Shown here: piece after piece, positions 1-8,148 of the stretch | Layout: each line of letters begins with the position of its first letter | Position numbering within the stretch: the first letter of the stretch is position 1 | DNA from: Acidimicrobiia bacterium | GTDB lineage: Bacteria > Actinomycetota > Acidimicrobiia > Acidimicrobiales > JANYDT01 | Direction of reading: 5' to 3' | DNA: 64,000 bases | Assembly (NCBI GenBank): GCA_031385545.1 | Contig: JANNBN010000018.1 | Span: 33,463-97,462 of the forward strand | The notes under the pieces: model-generated | Databases searched by the model: none | What the model saw: only the letters and a program-made list of their open reading frames with translations | What the model was told of the DNA's origin: nothing | Made by a program: the position numbers and the translations under genes

Positions 1-1
1 G

Positions 2-1933
2 CCGGTTGCCGCGGCACCTGCGCGTCGGCGAGGGGGTCGCTCGGTTCTCCGCGTCGGCGCGGTTTGGCTGGCGCTGAGCACTCTTTGCGCCGCAGCAACC
101 GGCGGCGTCCAAGCTGCAGCGGCTCCTCTTCCGAGCCTCAAGCCCGGTCGGAATGCTGCCGATCTGATCGTGATGGCCGAAGCGGGAGAAATCACCAAGG
201 TGGTTGCGCAGATGCGAGCGGGCGGAGCAGAGATCGGCCGGGGGCTCCCGATCATCAACGCTGTCGCCGTTCGCTCAGATGCGACCGCGTTGGCACGCAT
301 TGAAGCGATGGACGGTGTCGATGCCGTTGTGGCGGATTCGCTGATGACGCCGATGGGTGCCGCAGTCACCGCCGATCGCACTTCGAAGCAGTCGGACAGG
401 TCCAACGACAAGAGCAACGAAAAGTCCACGGACAAGTCCTCGGACAAGACCAACGAAGACAACGCCTCCGACGACGAGAAGCGATCGGGCCAGGACGACA
501 AGCAGGACAAGGGGGCTTCAGCAACCGGTAGCCGCGATCCAGGGTCGCTCGAAGCAATTGCACGAGCCACGGGCGCACGCTCGCTGTGGCGGCGTGGCGT
601 GACCGGCAAGGGCGTTGACGTCGCGCTGATCGACACCGGAATCGTTCCGGTCGTCGGTAGCCCTGTGGTTGTCAATGGGGCTGACCTGTCGGCCGATGCA
701 GCGAACACGAACCTTCGGTTCCTCGACGGATTCGGTCACGGCACGCATATGGCCGGCATCATTGCCGGTCGCGACCCAGGGGCCGACCCCCTCCAGCAGA
801 ACGGCGCTTTTGTCGGCATCGCACCAGACGCTCGCATCGTGAACGTGAAAGTTGGAGCGATGGATGGCCGCGTGCATTCCAGCCAGGTTGTCGCGGCGAT
901 CGACTGGGTCGTGCAGAACCGCCAGGCGAACGGGATGAACATCCGCGTGATCAACCTCAGCTACGGCGCACCGGCAACACCGGACTGGCGCCGGGACCCA
1001 CTTGCATGGGCAGCAGAGGTTGCATGGCGCAAAGGCATCGTGGTGGTTGCTGCCGCCGGCAACGAAGGCAGCGGTCACGAGCTGAGCAGTCCTGCGTACT
1101 CACCAGAGATCCTCGCGGTCGGAGCGACCGACACGGAAGTGTCCCGCGGCGGCAAGGACGACTACAGCATCGCTCCGTACACCAGCACGGGCACTCGTCG
1201 GCGGCCGGACCTCTTCGTCCCCGGCGGCCACGTGATCAGCCTCCGCGCCAAGGGTTCGTTCGTCGACTCGTTCCTTGCGACGCAAAACGTGGGAGAGCGC
1301 TTCACTCGGGGGTCCGGCACGTCGCAGGCAACCGCTGTGACTTCGGGCCTCGCTGCGTTGTTGATCGAGGCACAGCCATCGGCCACACCGGACCAGATCA
1401 AGGCGCTGCTGCTGGACGGCACGGACATCTCGGGCAGGAAGCAGGATGTGACCGGGATCGAAGCCAGCATCGATGTTCTTGGTTCCTACAAGGCTGCCAA
1501 GAAGCGCCTGCCACAAGTCCGTGCTACAGACCCGTTCGCCACATGCGGCACCAGTTGGTGCCGTGGCATCGGTGACGGGTCGCCGACGTTCATCGACTGG
1601 GCCAAGGCAGCGTGGACAGGCAGCTCGTGGAACGGAAGCTCCTGGAACGGGAACTCGTGGAACGGCAGCTCGTGGTCCGGTTCCAGCTGGTCCGGGAATT
1701 CTTGGAACGGCAGCTCATGGAACGGCAGCTCCTGGAACGGCAGCTCGTGGTCCGGGTCAAGCTGGTCCGGGTCAAGCTGGTCGCAGGAAATGTGGGCCGG
1801 TTCGAGCTGGAACGGCAGCTCGTGGAACGGAAGCTCTTGGAACGGGTCGAGCTGGTCCGGGTCTTCGTGGTCAGGCAGCTCATGGAACGGCAATTCCTGG
1901 TCGGGTTCCTCGTGGTCCGGAGCGTGGGACTAG
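2..1933 (+). CDS. Secreted S8 (subtilisin-like) serine peptidase with C-terminal Trp pentapeptide repeats; 5' end probably outside the window
   Basis: Triad motifs VALIDTG (Asp), GHGTHMAG (His), GSGTSQA (Ser), oxyanion AAAGNEG. The frame is open from base 2 and encodes a signal-like segment RRRGGRSVLRVGAVWLALSTLCAAATGGVQA upstream of the ORF-track start at 170. Confidence 0.93.
   Translation, partial: PVAAAPARRRGGRSVLRVGAVWLALSTLCAAATGGVQAAAAPLPSLKPGRNAADLIVMAEAGEITKVVAQMRAGGAEIGRGLPIINAVAVRSDATALARIEAMDGVDAVVADSLMTPMGAAVTADRTSKQSDRSNDKSNEKSTDKSSDKTNEDNASDDEKRSGQDDKQDKGASATGSRDPGSLEAIARATGARSLWRRGVTGKGVDVALIDTGIVPVVGSPVVVNGADLSADAANTNLRFLDGFGHGTHMAGIIAGRDPGADPLQQNGAFVGIAPDARIVNVKVGAMDGRVHSSQVVAAIDWVVQNRQANGMNIRVINLSYGAPATPDWRRDPLAWAAEVAWRKGIVVVAAAGNEGSGHELSSPAYSPEILAVGATDTEVSRGGKDDYSIAPYTSTGTRRRPDLFVPGGHVISLRAKGSFVDSFLATQNVGERFTRGSGTSQATAVTSGLAALLIEAQPSATPDQIKALLLDGTDISGRKQDVTGIEASIDVLGSYKAAKKRLPQVRATDPFATCGTSWCRGIGDGSPTFIDWAKAAWTGSSWNGSSWNGNSWNGSSWSGSSWSGNSWNGSSWNGSSWNGSSWSGSSWSGSSWSQEMWAGSSWNGSSWNGSSWNGSSWSGSSWSGSSWNGNSWSGSSWSGAWD
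1598..1930 (+). repeat. Coding 15-bp-period repeat: W-[NST]-G-[SN]-S pentapeptides
   Basis: 22 Trp in exact 5-aa register plus terminal WD. 19 GxSW units in blocks of 11 and 8, separated by WSQEM. Ser codons vary between units. Confidence 0.97.
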
Positions 1934-1956
1934 CTCATGCACATGCGTAGGAAATC

Positions 1957-4521
1957 ATGGGAGTGAAACCCGGTCTGGACCGGTCTCGGTTCTTGCTGCA
2001 CACATACGTAGCCGCCGTGGCGGGTAGCGGAGCGTTCCTCGGTCTGGTGACCGCGGAGCGCTCTTCCGCGCCGCACAACGCCGGCATTGCGCTCACACTT
2101 GTGGTGTTCGTCGGAACACTTCTCGCAACGTCTTTTCCAGTGCATATCGAGCTCGGCAAGGGCGTGCACACATTTGCGTTCACCGAGCTTCCGATCCTCG
2201 TTGCCGTCCTCACGATGAGTACGTCCCAGGGCTTCATCATCCTGGTAGCCGCGGCCACGGTGGCTCGGACGATCGTCCAGAAGACGGGTTTGCTCAAGTG
2301 GCTGTTCAACGGCGCGACCCTCGCTGTCGAGATGGCGCTCGTCAGCCTGTGCGTGCAGGCCATCGCGCCTGAACTTGACGTCATGCAGACGCGAACCTGG
2401 ATCGGTGTCCTGGTCGGTGCAGCGGTCGGCAATGTGGCAAGCGGGCTGTTGGTGGGCGGAGCCATCCGCTTGAGCGGCGGTTCCGTCAACGTTCCCGAGC
2501 TTCTTCGCAACACGGTCATCGGCGTGGCCGGAGCGGCCATCATTGCCTCGGTCACCCTGGTCGGGCTGATCCTCACAGAAGCCAACCCGTTCTCGTTGTT
2601 CTTCTCGGTTCTTCTGGTCACCGGGGTCACGATGTTCCACCGCCGCCATGTGATGTTGAACGAGCGGTACCGCGCAGTTCTCAAGATGGAACGCTTCACA
2701 CGTGCGCTCACTCCGGCGAATGAATCATCGGAGACCATCATCGCTGCGCTCCTTGCCAACGCTGCCGAGTTGATGAACACGGAGACCTCTTCGCTGGTGC
2801 TCGCCACTCGCGATGGAGACGTGCTTCTGACCCGTTCATCCGGCACGTTCGAAGACGGCACCACGATCCCGTACCCAAACCCCACCGACTGGGTGTGGGT
2901 CCGTGCCGTGAGCGAAAACCGCTCATTCATGCTCGATCGGCATGTCCATCGCAACGAATCGAGTGCAGCCGAATACCTCGATCGTATGCGTGTGAAGGAT
3001 CTGATCGTCGCTCCTCTCGAACTGGACGACCACACTGTCGGCCTGATCGTGGGACACAACCGCCGCAACGGAGTCGTGCGGGTCTCCGGAGCTGACCTCG
3101 ACCTGATGAGCACCATGGCACACCACGCGTCCGTGAACCTGAAGTGCTCACGCCTCATCGAACAGCTCGAGGCCGAAGTAGCCGATCGACATTACGAGGC
3201 AACCCATGATTCGCTGACGGGGCTCCACAACCGGGCGGCGTTCAACACCTGCGCCGACTCACACTTCGGGTCGACAAGTCCGGGCCACCTTTCCGCCATG
3301 ATGCTGGTCGATCTCAACCAGTTCAAGAAGGTCAACGACACCATGGGGCATCATGCCGGCGACGAGGTCCTCATCCAGATTTCCCAGCGGCTCCTCAATG
3401 CGCTTCCTCCTGGCGCCACCGTCGCCCGCCTCGGCGGCGACGAGTTCGCAGTCCTTGTTCCCACTATCACGGGTGCCCAGCAAGCGCTGGACCACGCTGC
3501 AGCTCTTCGGCAAACGATTCGCCAACCGGTCAGTGTCGAGTCGATCACGTTCGCTCTCGACGCAGCGATAGGCATCTCGATCGCTCCGGTCGACGGCGTC
3601 GACCGACACAACCTGCTGAAACGGGCCGACATCGCGATGTACGCGGCGAAGGACAAATCGAACAACCCCATCGCGCTGTACGAAGCTTCGCAGCAGCGTT
3701 GGACGGCACGCGAGATCGGTCTGCTCGAAGATCTCCGGCGGGCACTCGAGGTTGACGGTCTGGCCCTCGCGTACCAACCGAAGACGTCGCTGATCGACGG
3801 CAAGGTCTTCGGAGTCGAGGCCCTGTGCCGCTGGAATCACGCTGAGCTCGGCCCGATCCGTCCCGATGAGTTCATCGGTCTTGCCGAGCAGGGCGGGATG
3901 ATCGACCAGATCACCGACTTCGTGTTGCGTACCGCTTTGCGCCAGAGCCGGACGTGGCTCGATGAAGGCCTGAGAATCGATGTCGCAGTGAACATCCCGG
4001 CGAAGTCGCTCAGCGACCCGACCCTTGCTTCACGGATGGCAGCGATGGCGGCAGCGTTCGACGTTCCGCCGAACACACTGACGCTCGAGGTCACCGAGAG
4101 CCAATTGGTCGAAGACGCGCGGACTTCGAAGGAAGTCATGGCGACGCTTCGTTCGCACGGCTTCCGGGTGTCGATCGACGACTTCGGCACCGGCTACTCC
4201 TCGTTGGCGTATCTGCACACTCTTCCGGTTGACGAACTGAAAATCGATCGAGCCTTCGTCCGGGATCTGGCCACCGATCAGTCGAGCCGTCAGATCGTGC
4301 ACGTGATCGTGGAATTGGCACGCACGTTCGGGTTGAAGACTGTTGCCGAGGGTATCGAGACGCAGGACGTTCATGACATTCTCGCTGGGCTTGGCGTCGA
4401 GCTGGGCCAGGGATTCTTGATGGCACGGCCTTCACCGGCGGCAGACCTGAGCGACTATTTACGAAACGGGTTCCCGGGAGCGCGTCGGCCGGCTGACCCG
4501 CTGCTGCTCCACTCGAACTAG
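1957..4521 (+). CDS. Membrane-bound GAF-GGDEF-EAL diguanylate cyclase/phosphodiesterase
   Basis: N-terminal ~230 aa with multiple hydrophobic helices, then a GAF-like segment, HDSLTGLHNR, RLGGDEF, VEALCRW, DDFGTGYSS, LKIDR and VAEGIE motifs. Confidence 0.95.
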   Translation: MGVKPGLDRSRFLLHTYVAAVAGSGAFLGLVTAERSSAPHNAGIALTLVVFVGTLLATSFPVHIELGKGVHTFAFTELPILVAVLTMSTSQGFIILVAAATVARTIVQKTGLLKWLFNGATLAVEMALVSLCVQAIAPELDVMQTRTWIGVLVGAAVGNVASGLLVGGAIRLSGGSVNVPELLRNTVIGVAGAAIIASVTLVGLILTEANPFSLFFSVLLVTGVTMFHRRHVMLNERYRAVLKMERFTRALTPANESSETIIAALLANAAELMNTETSSLVLATRDGDVLLTRSSGTFEDGTTIPYPNPTDWVWVRAVSENRSFMLDRHVHRNESSAAEYLDRMRVKDLIVAPLELDDHTVGLIVGHNRRNGVVRVSGADLDLMSTMAHHASVNLKCSRLIEQLEAEVADRHYEATHDSLTGLHNRAAFNTCADSHFGSTSPGHLSAMMLVDLNQFKKVNDTMGHHAGDEVLIQISQRLLNALPPGATVARLGGDEFAVLVPTITGAQQALDHAAALRQTIRQPVSVESITFALDAAIGISIAPVDGVDRHNLLKRADIAMYAAKDKSNNPIALYEASQQRWTAREIGLLEDLRRALEVDGLALAYQPKTSLIDGKVFGVEALCRWNHAELGPIRPDEFIGLAEQGGMIDQITDFVLRTALRQSRTWLDEGLRIDVAVNIPAKSLSDPTLASRMAAMAAAFDVPPNTLTLEVTESQLVEDARTSKEVMATLRSHGFRVSIDDFGTGYSSLAYLHTLPVDELKIDRAFVRDLATDQSSRQIVHVIVELARTFGLKTVAEGIETQDVHDILAGLGVELGQGFLMARPSPAADLSDYLRNGFPGARRPADPLLLHSN

Positions 4522-4577
4522 CGAACTTCTCCTGTCAGTGTGGGCGAGGCTCGCTCTCGCCTGCAAGTTGGATGGTT

Positions 4578-4595
4578 GTTCACCTTTCGTTCACC
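4578..4595 (+). promoter_or_regulatory. PHO box (two GTTCACC direct repeats, 11-bp period) upstream of pstC
   Basis: GTTCACCtttcGTTCACC lies 46 bp before the pstC start and matches the actinobacterial PhoP direct-repeat unit. Confidence 0.75.
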
Positions 4596-4641
4596 TGTGC
4601 GTGAAGCCGCCGAAAGGTGACCGCGACAGCATCTGTGTGCG

Positions 4642-5619
4642 ATGAATACCCCGCGAGATCTCGCTTCACGTCGCCCACCGGCCGACCGGATCTACCGTGG
4701 GGTCACAACGAGCGCGGCAATGGCGTCGCTCATGGTCATGGGCCTGATCGCGGTCTTCTTGGTCGTCCAGGCAATCCCAGCGTTGCGCACCGCCGGGCTG
4801 TCGTTCTTCACAACCAACGACTGGCGACCCGACGATGACCCGGCCACATTCGGAATCGCATCGATGCTCTGGGGCACGTTTGTGATTGCGGCCATTGCGT
4901 TGGTCATCGCTGTCCCGATCTCGATCGGCACTGCGGTGTTCGTCAATGAATACCTGCCATCTGCGCTGAAACGATCGTTCGTGTCGGTCCTGGATCTGCT
5001 CGCTGCGGTCCCTTCACTGATCTTCGGCCTGTGGGGGCTGTTCTTCCTCCAGCCTCGGTTGAGCGGAACATCACGCTGGCTTGCCGACTGGGTCGGGTTC
5101 ATCCCGATCTTCAAGGGCAACGGCATCTACACCTCTTCGATGTTCATCTCGGGTGTGGTGCTCGCGATCATGATCGTTCCGATCATCACCTCGGTCAGTC
5201 GTGCCATCGTCGCTGAAGTTCCGCGTTCGCTATCCGAAGCAGCGCTTGCGTTGGGCGGGACGCGCTGGGGGATGATCCGCCAGGTCGTTCTCCCCTACAG
5301 CAGGGGTGGGCTGGTCGGGGCGTCGATGCTGGGGTTAGGCAGAGCATTGGGCGAAACCATCGCGATTGCGTTGATCCTGAGTTTCGACTTCACCCGGTCG
5401 CTGCACATCCTCCAGCCGGGCGGCGCATCGGTCGCCGGCACCATTGCCCTCCGGTTCCCCGAGGCGCTCGATGCCGGCCGCTCGGCGCTCTCAGCCGCTG
5501 GTCTGACGCTCTTCGTCGTGACGCTGCTGGTGAACATGGCGGCACGATCCGTCGTTGCGCGCACGAACCGACGGCGCGGTGGCGGAGCAGAAGCGACGGG
5601 CGCGAAGGGAAGGGCATGA
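4642..5619 (+). CDS. pstC: Phosphate ABC transporter permease PstC
   Basis: LAAVPSLIFGLWG, EAALALGGTRW and LGRALGETIA motifs; first gene of pstCAB. Confidence 0.93.
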   Translation: MNTPRDLASRRPPADRIYRGVTTSAAMASLMVMGLIAVFLVVQAIPALRTAGLSFFTTNDWRPDDDPATFGIASMLWGTFVIAAIALVIAVPISIGTAVFVNEYLPSALKRSFVSVLDLLAAVPSLIFGLWGLFFLQPRLSGTSRWLADWVGFIPIFKGNGIYTSSMFISGVVLAIMIVPIITSVSRAIVAEVPRSLSEAALALGGTRWGMIRQVVLPYSRGGLVGASMLGLGRALGETIAIALILSFDFTRSLHILQPGGASVAGTIALRFPEALDAGRSALSAAGLTLFVVTLLVNMAARSVVARTNRRRGGGAEATGAKGRA

Positions 5620-6686
5620 CCACCATGCAGAATGCCGGCTCGCACGGACCCCGCCGCGGATCCGCTGTGTCGTCGCTGGTGTCGATGGCGCGCCAATTGG
5701 CAGTCCCCGGGCTCATCGCTGCGATCGTGACCGGGATCGCGTTTGCGACCACCCGCCTGTCCGGACCGTTCGGGATGTTCGTACTCTGGGCCGCCTGTTC
5801 GCTGCTCGGCCTCTACGTCTTCACACGTCGAAGCCAGGGACGAATGGCAGCAACAGACGCAGTTGCGTCGGTGACCCTGGGGTTCGCGGCGTTGCTGGTT
5901 GTGACTGCCTTGGGGTTCATCGTGGGCTTTGTGCTGCTGAAAGCAATCCCGTTCGTAAGGCTCAACTTCTTCACTCAGACCCTGGAAGGGATCGACCCTG
6001 ACTCGCCCGCGACGCAGGGCGGTGCGCTCCATGCGATTGTCGGCACCACTGCGCAGGTCCTTATCGCAACGTTGATCTCGCTCCCGTTCGGCGTGCTGAC
6101 AGCCGTGTACCTCAACGAGATCGGCGGCCGGCTCGCTGGCGTCGTGCGCGTCGTCATCGATGCAATGAGTGGTATCCCTTCTGTGGTCGCAGGTCTGTTC
6201 ATCTACTCCATCTGGGTCGTGCAGGGCGGGTTCGGCTATTCGGGTTTGGCGGCAGGTCTTGCGCTCGCTGTCCTGATGCTTCCGACGGTGGCTCGGACAA
6301 CGGAAGAGATGCTCCGCCTCGTTCCGGGAGGCTTACGCGAATCTGCCTTGGCTCTCGGTGCGCCCGAGTGGCGTACCGCCCTGCAGGTTGTTCTGCCGAC
6401 CGCCAAGGTCGGCATTGTGACTGCGGTGATCTTGGGTATCGCTCGCGTCGCAGGCGAAACCGCGCCGCTGCTCATGACCGCCTTCGGCAACGATCGCGTG
6501 AACGTCGTACAGACGGCCACCGAGCCGCAGTCTGCGCTCCCGCTCTTCGTGTACCAACAGTTCACCAGCGCCCAGGGTTCTGCGGTGGATCGTGCCTGGG
6601 TCGGCGCGTTCGTGCTGATCGCCTTGGTGCTGGTGCTGTTCCTCATCGCCCGTGTGATCGGGCGTTCCAAGACAGCTCGACTATGA
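5616..6686 (+). CDS. pstA: Phosphate ABC transporter permease PstA
   Basis: GIPSVVAGLF, LRESALALGA and ARVAGETAPLL motifs; ATGA overlap with pstC. Confidence 0.93.
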   Translation: MTTMQNAGSHGPRRGSAVSSLVSMARQLAVPGLIAAIVTGIAFATTRLSGPFGMFVLWAACSLLGLYVFTRRSQGRMAATDAVASVTLGFAALLVVTALGFIVGFVLLKAIPFVRLNFFTQTLEGIDPDSPATQGGALHAIVGTTAQVLIATLISLPFGVLTAVYLNEIGGRLAGVVRVVIDAMSGIPSVVAGLFIYSIWVVQGGFGYSGLAAGLALAVLMLPTVARTTEEMLRLVPGGLRESALALGAPEWRTALQVVLPTAKVGIVTAVILGIARVAGETAPLLMTAFGNDRVNVVQTATEPQSALPLFVYQQFTSAQGSAVDRAWVGAFVLIALVLVLFLIARVIGRSKTARL

Positions 6687-6756
6687 GCACTGTCGACCCG
6701 CGGAATATGTCGCATTCTTCTCCAACCTCCTTCACTCAGGAAGCCCGATCACTCTC

Positions 6757-7593
6757 ATGGCCGCAACGATGACCGCTCCACTGAACACAATCGCCCATGC
6801 CGCCGCACCGGCGAACGCACATGCGGGCACGCCTATCGAAACGCGTCACCTGTCGGCCTGGTTCGCCAAACGCCAGGTGCTCGATGATGTGACCCTTCGC
6901 ATGCCGTCGAACGCAGTCACGGCACTCATCGGGCCGTCGGGTTGTGGCAAGTCGACATTCCTTCGCAACCTCAACCGCATGCACGAACTGGTGGCAGGTG
7001 CATCGATGTCCGGCGAGGTATTGCTCGACGGGATCGACATCTACGGGCCGACGCTGCGACCGGCCGAGACGCGGCAGCGCATCGGCATGGTCTTCCAGAA
7101 GCCGAACCCATTTCCCACCATGTCGATCAACGACAACGTGCTCGCCGGGCTTCGGCTCACGGGCACAAAGGTTGCGGACAAGGATGCGCTGGTCGAATGG
7201 GCACTTACCAGGGCTGGGCTGTGGGCTGAAGTGAAAAATCGGTTGAGTGCGCCGGGCGGATCGTTGTCAGGCGGGCAGCAGCAGCGGCTCTGCATCGCTC
7301 GTTCGCTCGCCGTCAAACCCAAGGTCTTGCTGATGGACGAGCCGTGTTCGGCACTCGACCCAACGTCGACCCGACGCGTCGAGGACACCATCCGCGAGAT
7401 CGCGGACGAGGTCACCGTCGTCATCGTGACGCACAACATGCAACAGGCGCAGCGCTGCTCGGACCAGACCGTCTTCTTCCTCGCCGACGAGGAACGCCCC
7501 GGCCACATCGTCGAGGCCGGGCCGACCGAGCAGATCTTCGGAAACCCGGTCGATCCGCGGACCAACGACTACATCAACGGTCGTTTCGGCTGA
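6757..7593 (+). CDS. pstB: Phosphate ABC transporter ATP-binding protein PstB
   Basis: GPSGCGKST, GMVFQKPNPFP, LSGGQQQRLC and MDEPCSALDP motifs; C-terminal YINGRFG. Confidence 0.96.
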   Translation: MAATMTAPLNTIAHAAAPANAHAGTPIETRHLSAWFAKRQVLDDVTLRMPSNAVTALIGPSGCGKSTFLRNLNRMHELVAGASMSGEVLLDGIDIYGPTLRPAETRQRIGMVFQKPNPFPTMSINDNVLAGLRLTGTKVADKDALVEWALTRAGLWAEVKNRLSAPGGSLSGGQQQRLCIARSLAVKPKVLLMDEPCSALDPTSTRRVEDTIREIADEVTVVIVTHNMQQAQRCSDQTVFFLADEERPGHIVEAGPTEQIFGNPVDPRTNDYINGRFG

Positions 7594-7620
7594 ACTGTCG
7601 AGCGTCAGGTATTGGGTTCG

Positions 7621-8082
7621 TTACGGAGAGAATGCTCTCGCTGACTGCTCGGTGTCCTCGGAGCCACGGAAGAAGACGATCTTGCCGTCGACGACTCGCC
7701 ACCAGTGCAGCATGAACATCGAAGCCGTGCGTTGCGTGGACTTCACGGTGTACGTCCAACGAATGACGGCCACGACGTCTGTCTCGTTCGAGGTGAAGGT
7801 CACCGGCACGAACTCCGACACGTCGATCTGGGTGCTGATCGCAGCGAAGAAGCCGGGAACTGATTGCTTGCCCCGGAAGGGGCCGTACCAGGGGGCCGAC
7901 CTGCTGGATGCTTCAGCGGCCCAGTCGACATCGTCGGCGAGTTCGACAAGGACTGCGTCGATGTCACGCTTCGCGTAGGCTTCGTAGAGCCGCTTGACGA
8001 CATCGGCGCTGTTGGTGCTGTCGGTGGATAGGGACGGGGTTTGTGTGTTGACGGTTTGTGTGTTGACGGTTTGTGTGTTCAT
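7621..8082 (-). CDS. NTF2-like / SnoaL-like protein
   Basis: VVKRLYEAYAKRDIDAV...DDVDW pattern and WRVVDGKIV; start moved to the ATG at 8082. Confidence 0.8.
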   Translation of the reverse strand: MNTQTVNTQTVNTQTPSLSTDSTNSADVVKRLYEAYAKRDIDAVLVELADDVDWAAEASSRSAPWYGPFRGKQSVPGFFAAISTQIDVSEFVPVTFTSNETDVVAVIRWTYTVKSTQRTASMFMLHWWRVVDGKIVFFRGSEDTEQSARAFSP

Positions 8083-8148
8083 GACCCCACGATGACAAGC
8101 ACGCAACACCCTCGGCATCGGGAGAACACCCCACATACACTCCGAGAT

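Noticed and set aside
1486-1950. Repetitive alternative-frame ORFs (ELPFH, RQLVER repeats)
   Set aside because: These are shadows of the protease's GSSW repeat; only the protease frame is continuous with a recognisable domain.
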